The notes beneath the pieces are model-generated. The model saw only the letters and a list, made by a program, of their open reading frames with translations. It ran no database searches and was not told where the DNA came from. This document shows positions 41,632 through 51,326 of a DNA stretch of 64,000 nucleotides, in pieces (positions within the stretch are counted from its first letter, which is position 1; each line of letters begins with the position of its first letter). The position numbers were made by a program, and so were the translations under genes. The stretch is from NCBI GenBank assembly GCA_963422565.1, contig OY730228.1, forward strand, positions 2,889,492 to 2,953,491. Reading direction: 5' to 3'. This stretch comes from Alphaproteobacteria bacterium. Lineage in GTDB: Bacteria; Pseudomonadota; Alphaproteobacteria; MPNO01.

Positions 41632-42732
41632 TCAGCGCTTACGCCCAGATGCCCCGCCGTCCGTCCCGAGGGCATGGCGGACCACCTTCTTCATCAGGGT
41701 GGGCAGCGCCTGCTCATCGAGCCGCGCGACCGGCCACCAGAAGCCGTCGATCTCGCGCCGGCAGGCCCCGATGCGGGCGCGGGCGACGGTCAGTTCAAGG
41801 CTGAAATGGGTGAACGCGTGCCGCACCCGGCCCGGCAGCAGACGCCAGTCGGCGGCGGCCGGCGCGCGCGCGACCGCCGAGTCCGGCGGCCAGGGCCGGT
41901 CGCGCCAATCGGTCGAGGGGATCTCCACCATTCCACCCAGCAGCCCGGACGGCGGCCGCCGGCGCAGCAACACCGCGCCGTCGTCCCGCACGGCCCAGAA
42001 CGCGACCCCGTGACGCCTCGGCCGCATCGCGCGCGGCGTCCGCCTCGGCAGGCGTTCCGGGGCGCCGGAAAGCCGGGCGCGGCAGGTCTCCCGCCAGGGG
42101 CAGCAACCGCATGACGGGGTGCGCAGGGTGCATAGCAGCGCCCCCAGATCCATCATCGCCTGGGCATGGTCTCCCGGCCGCGCCTCGGGGGTCAGCAGAC
42201 CGGCGAGCCGGCGGAGCGCCGGCCGGGCGGCGGGAAGCGGCGTCTCGACCGCGAACAGCCGTGCCACCACGCGCTCGACATTGGCGTCGAGAACCGCCGA
42301 GGGCCGGTCGAAAGCGATCGCGGCGATCGCCGCCGCGGTGTACGGACCGATCCCGGGCAGTGCCCTGAGCGCGGGCTCGGTCGCCGGGAAACGGCCGCCA
42401 TGCTGCTCGGCGACGATGCGGGCGCAAAGATGCAAATTGCGCGCCCGCGCGTAATATCCGAGCCCCTGCCAGCCATGCAGCACATCGTCGATCGTCGCCG
42501 CTGCGAGATCGCCAACGGTCGGCCAGCGCGCGAGGAAGCGCGGATAATAGCCTTTCACCGTTGCGACGGTCGTCTGTTGCAGCATGATCTCGCTGAGCCA
42601 GACATGGTAGGGGTCCGGCGCGGTATTGGGCGGCGCGCGCCAGGGTAGGTCGCGGCGGTTCTCGTCGTACCAGGCGAGCAGCCGCCCGGCCTGGGCGGCG
42701 ATGGCGGCCTCCTCGGCGCGTTTTTGAACCAT
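41632..42732 (-). CDS. mutY: A/G-specific adenine DNA glycosylase
   Basis: ATG at 42732..42730 gives MVQKRAEEAAIAAQAGRLLAWYDENRRDLPWR...PYHVWLSEIMLQQTTVATV...CTLRTPSCGCCPWRETC, a HhH-GPD plus 4Fe-4S loop. The 115-aa N-extension on the ORF track is Arg/Pro-rich and spurious. Confidence 0.92.
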   Translation of the reverse strand: MVQKRAEEAAIAAQAGRLLAWYDENRRDLPWRAPPNTAPDPYHVWLSEIMLQQTTVATVKGYYPRFLARWPTVGDLAAATIDDVLHGWQGLGYYARARNLHLCARIVAEQHGGRFPATEPALRALPGIGPYTAAAIAAIAFDRPSAVLDANVERVVARLFAVETPLPAARPALRRLAGLLTPEARPGDHAQAMMDLGALLCTLRTPSCGCCPWRETCRARLSGAPERLPRRTPRAMRPRRHGVAFWAVRDDGAVLLRRRPPSGLLGGMVEIPSTDWRDRPWPPDSAVARAPAAADWRLLPGRVRHAFTHFSLELTVARARIGACRREIDGFWWPVARLDEQALPTLMKKVVRHALGTDGGASGRKR

Positions 42733-43062
42733 CGTCGATATCGCTCCGCGGCGCGGGCAGGCGGCATCGGCCGGCATCTGTAGCACATCGACAGGCCGCG
42801 CGATCGTCGTGCCGCAGCTCGGCGGCGCGCGCGGCACCCGGTCCGCAAAAGTGCGGCGGGGAGAGCCATCGGGATGCTCGAGAATCCGCCTCCCTGCGGG
42901 AGGGGGACGGGCAGGGGAGGGGTTTCCGGCACCGGCGGGACCGCCACGCGGCGGCATGTCGAGACCGCTCGCGAGTTCCAGGTCCGGTCCCGACTTCGCG
43001 GAAGCGGGAAGACGGCGGCGCGATGCCTGGCCGCCATGCCGTGCTTGAAAACAGACCATCGG

Positions 43063-44299
43063 ATGGTCGATATGCATTATCTGCCCAGAGTCGCCTCGAA
43101 CCTGATCGCGCGCGCCATGGACGCCTTTCCCGTCGTCGTGCTGATGGGCGCGCGCCAGAGCGGCAAGAGCACTCTGGCGCAGTCGGAACCCTTTCTGCGG
43201 GAACCGGCTCTATCTTGCGCTCGACGATCCAGATGTTCGCGAGCGGGCTCGCATGGCGGCCCGCAACCTGGTGCGCAGCCCACCCCGGCTCACCCTCGAC
43301 GAGGTGCAGCGCGGGCCCGATCTGCTGCTCGCGGTCAAGCGCGCCGTCGACGAGGATCGGCCGCGCCGGAACGGCCGCTTTGTCCTCACCGGCTCCGCGA
43401 ATCTGTCGCTCATGCGGCGTGTCTCCGAGACGCTCGCGGGGCGGGCGACCTACGTGAATCTCTGGCCGCTGACCCGCCGGGAGCGCCTGGGGTGTGGGGC
43501 GCCGGGTCTTTGGACCAAGCTGCTGGCGACGCCCGCTGTCGAATGGCCGGATCTGCTGGAAGCCCGGCAGACCGTCCCCGCCGACTGGCGGGGCGAGGTC
43601 CGCGCGGGTGGCTACCCGACGCCGGCGATAGAGCTGGACGACGGCGAGGCCCGCTCGCTCTGGTTCGACGGCTATCTGCGCACCTGTCTCGAACGTGACG
43701 TTCGGACCCTGGCGGCGATCGGCAATCCGGTCGATTTCCGGCGGCTCATGCGGGCCGCGAGCCTCCGTCTCGGAGCTTTGCTCAACCAGGCTGAGCTCGC
43801 CCGCGATACCGGTATCCCGCGCTCGACCGTACAGCGCTATCTCAACCTGCTCGAAGCCTCCTATCAACTCGTCCGGCTGGAATCTTTCTCCGTCAACCGC
43901 AGCAGGCAACTCATCAAGAGCCCGAAGCTCTACCGGAGCGATCCCGGGCTCGCTTTGTGGCTCTGCGGAGCCGAGGCGGCCGCCGGAGCGGATCTGAAGA
44001 ATCTCGTTCTGGCCGATCTTCTGGCATGGTGGGATGAGCAGGCCCCGGCCCCGGAGTTGCTCTTCTGGCGCACGACGACCGACCTCGATGTCGATTTCGT
44101 GATCGAGTCCGGCCGCCGGCTCCTGCCGATCCAGGTCAAGGCCGCCGCGCGACCGGGGCACGCCGATACGCGCGGCCTGCGGGCCTTCCGAGAGGAGCAT
44201 CCGGAGCGGTTCACCGGCGGCCTGCTGCTCTGCGGCGGCCGAGAAGCGCAGTGGCTGTCCGACCGCATCCTCGGGGTCCCCTGGTGGCGGGTGCTGTAA
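43063..44299 (+). CDS. AAA-family ATPase with DUF4143 C-terminal domain, interrupted by a 1-nt frameshift near 43195-43205
   Basis: Frame A gives MVDMHYLPRVASNLIARAMDAFPVVVLMGARQSGKSTLAQSEPFLRE (Walker A). The protein continues in the +1 frame as NRLYLALDDPDVRERARMAARNLVRSPPRLTLDEVQRGPDLLLAVKRAVDEDRPRRNGRFVLTGSAN... The junction is ctgcggg|aaccgg and is restored by adding one G or A. Confidence 0.7.
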
Positions 44300-44323
44300 T
44301 ATGGCGGCCGGGCGGAGCGGGTC

Positions 44324-44659
44324 ATGGCTGTTGCACTTGGCGGGTTGGTACCGGGGATGATCGAGGGCGCGCTCCGGCGCCGGGGCTTCACCGAACCGGC
44401 GCTGGTCCTGCAGTGGCGGAGTATCGTGGGTCCCGAGCTCGCCGATCGGACATCGCCGCTGCGCGTCGCCTTTCCCGCCCGCAAACGCACCGGCGGCGTC
44501 CTGCACATACGGGTCGAGGGTCCGTTCGCCGTCGAGCTCCAGCACATCGCTCCGCAGGTCGTCGAGCGCCTGAACGGGTTCTACGGCTATGCGGCGCTCG
44601 ATCGGCTGGCGCTGCACCAGGCGCCCGTCGCCCCGCCGACGGAGCGCGGCGGCGGCTGA
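44324..44659 (+). CDS. DUF721-family protein (DciA-like)
   Basis: The sequence has RRRGFTEPALVLQWRSIVGPELADRTSPLRVAFPARKRTGGVLHIRVEGPFAVELQHIAPQVVERLNGFYG, matching DUF721 proteins found next to mutY in alphaproteobacteria. Confidence 0.8.
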   Translation: MAVALGGLVPGMIEGALRRRGFTEPALVLQWRSIVGPELADRTSPLRVAFPARKRTGGVLHIRVEGPFAVELQHIAPQVVERLNGFYGYAALDRLALHQAPVAPPTERGGG

Positions 44660-44747
44660 CCGGAGCCCGGCGCGGCCGCGGTTGCAGGAACGAAGCCGTC
44701 CGTGCCATACTCAACATGTTGTCGTATGGGAGGGTGCGGTGGCTCGC

Positions 44748-45455
44748 ATATTGAGGTCAGGCGACCGGCCGAAATGGCTCGATATCTGCCGGCGGGTCGC
44801 CGCTGCCGCCCTTTTGACCGCTTTCCTGCCGGCGGCCGACCGGGCCGAAACCCTGGCGAGCGCGCCCGATCGGCTCCAGCTCGCTCAGGCCCAGGCGCCC
44901 GCGCCCGAGGAGACCTTCGACAATGTGGCCGTCGCCGAGACGGATCTGGTGGTGGGCGAGGCCGGCGCCCCGGTGACCATCGTCGAATACGCGTCGTTGA
45001 CCTGTCCCGCTTGCGCGGAGTTCCGCGCGAACGTGCTTCCTCGACTCATGAAGCCCTATGTCGAGACCGGCAAGGTCAGGTTAGTCTACCGCGACTTCCC
45101 GCTCGACGGGCTCGCTCTCGCGGCGGCGACCCTCGCGCGCTGCTTCGACGGCAAGCGTTCTCTCGACTTCATCGACCTGCTGTTCCGAGAGCAGGCCCGC
45201 TGGGCCCGCGGCAGGGAGGGGCTGGCGGTGCTGATCCGCCTCGCCCGGCTGAGCGGCGTCTCGGCGGCGCGGGCCGCCTCCTGCATCCAGGACGAAGCGA
45301 AGCAGCGGATCGTGCTCGAACAGAGACAGACGGCGAGCCGTCGGTTCGGCATCAGCGCGACGCCGACTCTGCTGGTGAATGGCCGCAAATATTCCGGGGG
45401 CCTCGCCTTCGACCAGCTCGGCGCGGTGATCGAGGCGCTCCTGTCGGAGTCGTAA
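44748..45455 (+). CDS. DsbA-family thiol:disulfide oxidoreductase (secreted)
   Basis: A GTG at 44748 follows GGGAGGG. It gives a signal peptide (M)ARILRSGDRPKWLDICRRVAAAALLTAFLPAA and then IVEYASLTCPACAEF, a CPAC thioredoxin motif. Confidence 0.85.
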   Translation: MLRSGDRPKWLDICRRVAAAALLTAFLPAADRAETLASAPDRLQLAQAQAPAPEETFDNVAVAETDLVVGEAGAPVTIVEYASLTCPACAEFRANVLPRLMKPYVETGKVRLVYRDFPLDGLALAAATLARCFDGKRSLDFIDLLFREQARWARGREGLAVLIRLARLSGVSAARAASCIQDEAKQRIVLEQRQTASRRFGISATPTLLVNGRKYSGGLAFDQLGAVIEALLSES

Positions 45456-45471
45456 CGGGCGTCGGGCTAAA

Positions 45472-48400
45472 GTGCACGTCACGCGGCTGCGCCTCAGCGG
45501 GTTCAAGTCCTTCGTCGACCCGACCGAGGTCCATTTCGTGCCGGGGCTCACGGGAATCGTCGGCCCGAACGGCTGCGGCAAGTCCAATATCGTCGACGCG
45601 CTGCGCTGGGTCATGGGAGAGGCGGCCCCCAAGCAGATGCGCGGCGGCGAGATGGACGACGTGATCTTCGCGGGAACGTCGGCGCGGCCGGCGCGGAACA
45701 TCGCCGAGGTGCTACTCAATCTCGACAACGCCGATCAGTCGGTCGCCGTTTCCGGGGTTCGGAGCGCGGAGATCGACGTGACCCGGCGCGTCGAGCGCGG
45801 GCGCGGCTCGCTCTACCGCATCAACGGCCGCGAGGCGCGCGCTCGCGACGTACAGACGCTGTTCGCCGACGGCTCGTCGGGTGCCCGCGCGACGGCGATC
45901 GTCGGTCAGGGCCGGATCGCCGACGTCATCAACGCGAAGCCGACGGAACGGCGCGCCGTGCTCGAGGAGGCGGCGGGCATCGCCGGGCTGCATGCCCGAC
46001 GCCACGAGACCGAGTTGCGACTCCATGCCGCAGAGGCGAATCTCGCTCGGCTCGAAGACATGATCGAAACGCTGGACGAGCAGCATCGCGCGCTCAAACG
46101 GCAGGCCCGGCAGGCCAATCGGTATCGCGGTCTCGGCGCCCAGCTGCGGCGCACCGAGGCGATGCTGCTGCATCGGCGCTGGACTTCCGCGAACGCCGCC
46201 ACGACAGCGGCGCTGGACGCGCTTCGCGAGGCCGAAGACCGGGTCGCGGAGCAGAGCCGCGTCGCCGCCCGGGCTGCCGCCGACTACGAGCGGGCGGCCG
46301 GCGCGCTCCCCGGGCTGCGCGCGGCCGAGCGCGACGCCGCCCAGCTCGTGCAGGGCGCGCAGAAGCGGCGCGACGCGTTGGCCGCCGAGGAGAGCCGGAT
46401 CGAGAGCGCCCGGCGCACGCTGGACGCGCGTCTCGATCAGATCGACGGCGATCTCGCGCTGGAGCGGGGCCGCAGCGCCGACGCGCGCCAGGCCCTGGAG
46501 CGTCTCGACGGGGAGCGCGCGGCGTTGCGCGAGGTCGAGGCGGGGCTCGCGGCGTCGGCGGAAGCGCTCGCCGCGCGGTTGGCGGACACGGACCGCGCGG
46601 TCGCCGCTTCGGAGGCGAAGCGGGACGATGCCCAGCGCGTTCTGACCGCCGCCGAATCGCGGCGGCATGCGATCGAGGACCGGCTCCGGGGGCTCGCCGC
46701 GCAACGCGGGCGAATCGAGGACCGCCGTCGCGGTCTCGGCCGCGAGCAGGCCGATCGGGACGGCGAAGCCGCGCTCGAGGCGGCGCTAGAAGCGGCCGAG
46801 GCGGCCGCTGCTCTGGCGGTCGCGGCGTTCGCCGCCGCGGGGAACCGGCTCGAAGCGGCGGAGAACGCGCAAGCTTGCGCGGAAGAGGCGCGTGCGGCAT
46901 CGCACGAGGCGCTCCGCGCCACACGCATCGAGACGGATGGGCTCGAGACCGAGAGCGGCGCCCTGGCGTCGCTGATGAAGGCCGAAGCGCCGGGGGGCCG
47001 GCCGGCCGTGATGGATGCGGTCTCCGTCGTGCCGGGCTACGAGGCGGCGCTCGGCGCGGCATTGGGCGACGATCTGCTGGCCCCCGACGACGAGGCCGCG
47101 CCGAGGCATTGGCGCGCGCTCGGTCCCGACCCCGGCGCCCCGCCTCTGCCCGCCGGCGCGCGCCCCCTATCCGATCTGGTCTCGGCCCCGGCCGCTCTGC
47201 GACGGCGGCTCGATCAGATCGGGCTGGTGGAGGACGAAGCCGCCGCCGAGAGCCGCGTCGGCGACATCGTCCAGGGCCAGCGCCTTGTTACCGGCTCGGG
47301 GGCGCTCTGGCGTTGGGACGGCTATCGCATCGCTGCCGGCACCGAGACGCCGAGCGCCGTCCGCCTGGCGCAGCGGAACCGGCTGGCGGAGTTGGAGCGC
47401 GGGCTGGCGGCCGCGCGGGCGGCGCAGGCCGCGGCCGCGCGGCGCGAAGCCGAGGCGCGGGCCGGCCTCGCTGCGGCCGCCGCCGAGACCCGCGCCGCCC
47501 GCGCGGCCCGGCGCTCGGCCGAAGCGGCGATGAATGTCGCGACCGAGGCCAAGGCCGGGAAGGCGGCGCGCCTCGCCGCGGCGCGGCTCCGATGTCGCGC
47601 CAACGAGGACGCGCGCGCGGCGCTCACGGTCGAGCTCGCCGAGACCGACTCCCAGCTCGCCGAGGCCCGCCGAGAGAGGGACATGCTTCCCGACCTCGCG
47701 GCGGCGCGGGCCGCGGCCGAGGACGCGCGGCGGGGACTCGCCCGCGTCCGCGGCGAGGCGGAGCATGCGCGGCGCGACCATCAGCGCTCTTTGGCCGAGA
47801 TGGAGGCGCGGCGGCGGAGGATCGGGGCGATCGAAACCGAGACCGCATCCTGGCGCGCGCGCGCCGCCGATTATCTGCGGCATGACGGGATTCTCGAGGC
47901 CCGGCGCGAGGAAGCGCGAATCCAGTTGCAGGCGCTGGACGGACGGCCGGCCGCGCTGAAGCGCGAGATGGCGGCGCTCGACCGCCAGATCGCCGATGCC
48001 GGCGCGGGTCATGACCGGGCCGTCGCCGCGCTCGCCGACGCGGAAGCCGAGATCGCCGCCGGCGGCCGCGCCGTTCGCGCTGCCGAGACGGAGCTGGCCG
48101 ACCGGCGGGAGGAACGGGTCCGACGCGACGCCGCGCGCGAACGGGCGGAGGCCGAAGCGCGCGCCCTGTCCGACACCGCCCGCGAGCGGCTTGGCTGCGC
48201 GCCCGACGAAGCGCTCGCGGCGGCGGGGCCGGATGCGGCGGCCGATATCCCCGACATCCCGTCTCTGGAGTCGCGGCTCGCACGCCTTCTCCGGGCTCGC
48301 GAGAACATGGGTCCGGTCAATCTGCGCGCCGACATGGAGGCCGACGCGCTCGGCAAGAGGATTTCGGAAATTCACGACGAGCGCGCGGATCTGCTCGGCG

Positions 48401-48933
48401 CCATCTCCCGCCTGCGCCGCGCCATCGCCGAGCTCAACCGGGAGGGGCGGGCGCGGCTGCTGACCGCTTTCGAGACCGTCGACGGCAACTATCGGGCGAT
48501 CTTCACCCGGCTGTTCGGCGGCGGTCAGGCACGGCTGGTCCTCACCGAGGACGAGGACCCCTTCGCTTGCGGCCTCGAGGTCATGGCGAGCCCGCCGGGC
48601 AAGCGGCTGCGCGCGATGTCGCTGATGTCGGGCGGCGAGAAGGTCCTGTCGGCGTTATCGTTGCTGTTCGCTATCGCCCGCACCAACCCGGCCCCGATCT
48701 GCGTGCTCGACGAGGTCGATGCCGCCCTCGACGACCAGAACGTGGAGCGGTTCTGCGACCTGCTGTCAGAGACCGCGGCCGAGACCGGCATGCGCTTCGC
48801 GATCGTCACCCATCACCGCCTGACGATGGCGCGGATGGAAAGGCTCTACGGGGTCACGATGACCGAGCCGGGCGTCTCGCGAATCGTCTCGGTCGATCTG
48901 CAGACCGCCGACCGACTGCGAGAGTCGGCCTGA
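45472..48933 (+). CDS. smc: chromosome segregation protein SMC
   Basis: The 1153-aa ORF starts at a GTG. It has the N-terminal Walker A FKSFVDPTEVHFVPGLTGIVGPNGCGKSNIVDALRWVMGE, long coiled coils, and the C-terminal LSGGEKVLSALSLLFAI...VLDEVDAALDD. Confidence 0.95.
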   Translation: MHVTRLRLSGFKSFVDPTEVHFVPGLTGIVGPNGCGKSNIVDALRWVMGEAAPKQMRGGEMDDVIFAGTSARPARNIAEVLLNLDNADQSVAVSGVRSAEIDVTRRVERGRGSLYRINGREARARDVQTLFADGSSGARATAIVGQGRIADVINAKPTERRAVLEEAAGIAGLHARRHETELRLHAAEANLARLEDMIETLDEQHRALKRQARQANRYRGLGAQLRRTEAMLLHRRWTSANAATTAALDALREAEDRVAEQSRVAARAAADYERAAGALPGLRAAERDAAQLVQGAQKRRDALAAEESRIESARRTLDARLDQIDGDLALERGRSADARQALERLDGERAALREVEAGLAASAEALAARLADTDRAVAASEAKRDDAQRVLTAAESRRHAIEDRLRGLAAQRGRIEDRRRGLGREQADRDGEAALEAALEAAEAAAALAVAAFAAAGNRLEAAENAQACAEEARAASHEALRATRIETDGLETESGALASLMKAEAPGGRPAVMDAVSVVPGYEAALGAALGDDLLAPDDEAAPRHWRALGPDPGAPPLPAGARPLSDLVSAPAALRRRLDQIGLVEDEAAAESRVGDIVQGQRLVTGSGALWRWDGYRIAAGTETPSAVRLAQRNRLAELERGLAAARAAQAAAARREAEARAGLAAAAAETRAARAARRSAEAAMNVATEAKAGKAARLAAARLRCRANEDARAALTVELAETDSQLAEARRERDMLPDLAAARAAAEDARRGLARVRGEAEHARRDHQRSLAEMEARRRRIGAIETETASWRARAADYLRHDGILEARREEARIQLQALDGRPAALKREMAALDRQIADAGAGHDRAVAALADAEAEIAAGGRAVRAAETELADRREERVRRDAARERAEAEARALSDTARERLGCAPDEALAAAGPDAAADIPDIPSLESRLARLLRARENMGPVNLRADMEADALGKRISEIHDERADLLGAISRLRRAIAELNREGRARLLTAFETVDGNYRAIFTRLFGGGQARLVLTEDEDPFACGLEVMASPPGKRLRAMSLMSGGEKVLSALSLLFAIARTNPAPICVLDEVDAALDDQNVERFCDLLSETAAETGMRFAIVTHHRLTMARMERLYGVTMTEPGVSRIVSVDLQTADRLRESA

Positions 48934-49213
48934 CCGGCCGCCGCACAGGTCGTATGCGCCGAGGGTGCCCGTCTTGCCGGCGCTTGCGGTCGCACGAACG
49001 GACGGAAACGGCCGTACATATCGGGCTTCGGCGTCGCGCCGACGGCGGGTCGGCGGGTGGCCCGTAGCGCGACCGCTCCCCGGTCGCCCTGCCCGAGGCG
49101 CCCGGGCGACGCGATCGCCGTCGCTTCCGGTCTGCTCCTGCCATCGCTTGCGTCGAGGCCCGACAAAGCTTGGCACCGCATCATCCGGCGGTTGGAGAGA
49201 GGGCGGATACCGA

Positions 49214-50281
49214 TCACTCCCGGCGCTGGGTGCGTTCGTGGTCGATCTGCAGCCGGGTCAGGAACGGCACCATCGGATGGACACCGAGAGCGCGCATCCG
49301 GTCCATGTCGAGGCTCGCCAGCGCCTCGGTCTCGTCCTCCGACAGCCCTGCGGCCCTAGCGTAGGCTTCGGGATCGGCAGCGTATTTCGCGCGCTCCGCC
49401 GGGTCGTTCGACAGGACGTGCAGCCGTCGGGTCAGCGCCACCCGGTCGGCGCGGACGGGCGGGTAATGCGGCCTGTGCGGCGTCTCGGTCGGCGGAGTAT
49501 ACCAACCCAGCGTACCGTAGACGTGATGCCAGCTCGGGTCGAGCCGCACCATGTCGGGCACCCGATCGCCGAGCGCGCCGGCGCCGACCGCCCAGCAGCG
49601 CAGCTCGACATTGCCCGTTTCGTCGAGCCTCTTTTCGTCGAGCGAGAGCAGCGTCTTCAGCCGGCCCTGCCGCAACGGTTCGAGCAGTGCCTCGTCGAAC
49701 GCGAGGTCGGGGTCGGCGTAGCGCTCCGTGCCGGGGAAGTGCGACATGCCGCCGCTCGCGACGACCACGGCGCGAATCCCGGTCGCCGCCAGCCCGCGTG
49801 CCAGCGCCTGCCCGAAGAGATAGCAGCGCTCTACGCTCGGCTGAGGCGGCACATAGGCATTGGCGTAGATGGGAATGATCGGTGCCGTCACCCCGAGATG
49901 GGTGAGGGGAATGCCGAAGGCGTAGTCGATCTCCGCGCTCGACGTGAAGGCCGGGTCGAATCCCTCGGCCTGGAGATGGCGAAGCAGGGCGTAGGCCGCG
50001 TCGCTCGCGACCTCGTAGGAGAAATCCCGTCCGGCGAAGGAGCCGCGCGCGCGGCCGCCCGTGTGGATGGTGAAGGGCGGGGTGCAATGGAGAAAGAACT
50101 GGTTGACGTGATCGTTGGCGACGATGATCCAGACGTCGGGCGCGAGCCGGTCGAGCGCGCGGCCGATCCGGGCCGCCGCCGCGCGCACGCGTGCGACGGT
50201 CGCCGCATCCTCGGTTTCGGGCATGGTGAAGAATTGCGGTGCATGCGGCACGAAGGCGCCGCCCAGTACATGGGTGTTCAT
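49214..50281 (-). CDS. class III extradiol ring-cleavage dioxygenase (LigB-like catalytic domain fused to a LigA-like C-terminal domain)
   Basis: The sequence has MNTHVLGGAFVPHAPQFF...IVANDHVNQFF...GGMSHFPG. The C-terminus reads LSNDPAERAKYAADPEAYARAAGLSEDETEALASLDMDRMRALGVHPMVPF, typical of LigA-like subunits. Confidence 0.8.
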   Translation of the reverse strand: MNTHVLGGAFVPHAPQFFTMPETEDAATVARVRAAAARIGRALDRLAPDVWIIVANDHVNQFFLHCTPPFTIHTGGRARGSFAGRDFSYEVASDAAYALLRHLQAEGFDPAFTSSAEIDYAFGIPLTHLGVTAPIIPIYANAYVPPQPSVERCYLFGQALARGLAATGIRAVVVASGGMSHFPGTERYADPDLAFDEALLEPLRQGRLKTLLSLDEKRLDETGNVELRCWAVGAGALGDRVPDMVRLDPSWHHVYGTLGWYTPPTETPHRPHYPPVRADRVALTRRLHVLSNDPAERAKYAADPEAYARAAGLSEDETEALASLDMDRMRALGVHPMVPFLTRLQIDHERTQRRE

Positions 50282-50357
50282 CGCCGCTCTCCCCGCATCG
50301 GGCCGCGGCCATCTTAGGGGAGATGCGACCGGCTCGAAACGCGCGGCCGCGGATGCG

Positions 50358-51032
50358 CTACAGCCGGGTGAACTCCCGGCGGACCCGAGCGATGAAGCGC
50401 GCGCAGCGCTTGTGCGGCGCGGTGTCGACGCCGTAGAGCGAGAGCATGCGGAACGACGCCCTGCCGGCGCAGAGCCCGAAGACGCCGTTGCCGATCTGAC
50501 GGCGGACCGGGTTGCGCATATAGCCCTCGGCGATCCAGCGGGGCGATCCGGTCGTGGTCACGACATGGACGCTGCGGAGCTTGCCGAGACGCGGCCGCAA
50601 CCGTAGCGCCAGCATCCACCATCGCGACCTGGCTTCCGAGCGGAGCGCACGGAACAGGTCGGCCGGCCCCTGGCCCTCCGGGGCCGGGGCGAAGGCGATT
50701 CCGGGCACGAAGACCCGGTCGATGAAGCCCTTGAGGATCGCCGGCGGGCCGAACCACCATTGCGGGAAGACCAGAACGATCCCGTCCGCCTCGCGCAGCC
50801 TCGCGCAGTAGCGCGCGACATCCTGGGGCGGCGCGTAGCCAGGTTCGAAATAGGCCTCGCGCTCCTCGGCGCGGAGGCGCGGATCGAAGTCCTCCCGGTA
50901 CAGGTCGACCAGGTCCGCCTCGTGCCCCGCCGCCGCGAGCCCGTCGAGGACCGCATCGCGGAGCGCCGCCCCGAGACTGGCGTGGAGGGGGTGTGCGTGG
51001 ACGACCATGAAACGCCGCTGCGACCCGCTCAT
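50358..51032 (-). CDS. NAD(P)H dehydrogenase (quinone)-like flavodoxin-fold oxidoreductase
   Basis: ATG at 51032..51030 gives MSGSQRRFMVVHAHPLHASLGAALRDAVLDGLAAAGHEADLVDLYREDFDPRL...ADGIVLVFPQWWFGPPAILKGFIDRVF, an NQO1/MdaB-like fold. The 68-aa N-extension on the track is spurious. Confidence 0.85.
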   Translation of the reverse strand: MSGSQRRFMVVHAHPLHASLGAALRDAVLDGLAAAGHEADLVDLYREDFDPRLRAEEREAYFEPGYAPPQDVARYCARLREADGIVLVFPQWWFGPPAILKGFIDRVFVPGIAFAPAPEGQGPADLFRALRSEARSRWWMLALRLRPRLGKLRSVHVVTTTGSPRWIAEGYMRNPVRRQIGNGVFGLCAGRASFRMLSLYGVDTAPHKRCARFIARVRREFTRL

Positions 51033-51326
51033 GCGGACCTCCCTAACGTCGTGCCGCGCCCTGCGCCTCGCGCTGCCATGGCCAGTATACGCGCCGGATG
51101 CCGCGCCGACGCGACGCCGCCGAGCCCCGGATGGGCGGACCGGCCGGACGCGGTGCATGTGTCGGAGCGCCGGGGCGAAAATTCGGGCCATCGCGGGGGC
51201 CTTTCCCGACGGGCTCGAGATGTGGATGCTGGGCACCCGGTGCTCGCGCCGCCTCGTCGACCGTCGGCTCGACCGGCCGTGCCGCCCCCGGCGCCACTCG
51301 AACGTATGAGGCTGAAAGAGCGAGAC

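Noticed and set aside
41795-44617. 940-aa minus-strand ORF across the mutY, AAA ATPase and DUF721 region
   Set aside because: Its composition is low-complexity (R/A/G/P). It overlaps three well-supported genes on both strands. No recognisable domain.
45712-47062. Long minus-strand ORFs (330 and 322 aa) antisense to smc
   Set aside because: They are Arg/Pro/Ala-rich antisense translations of the GC-rich smc coiled-coil region. smc itself has full-length canonical motifs.
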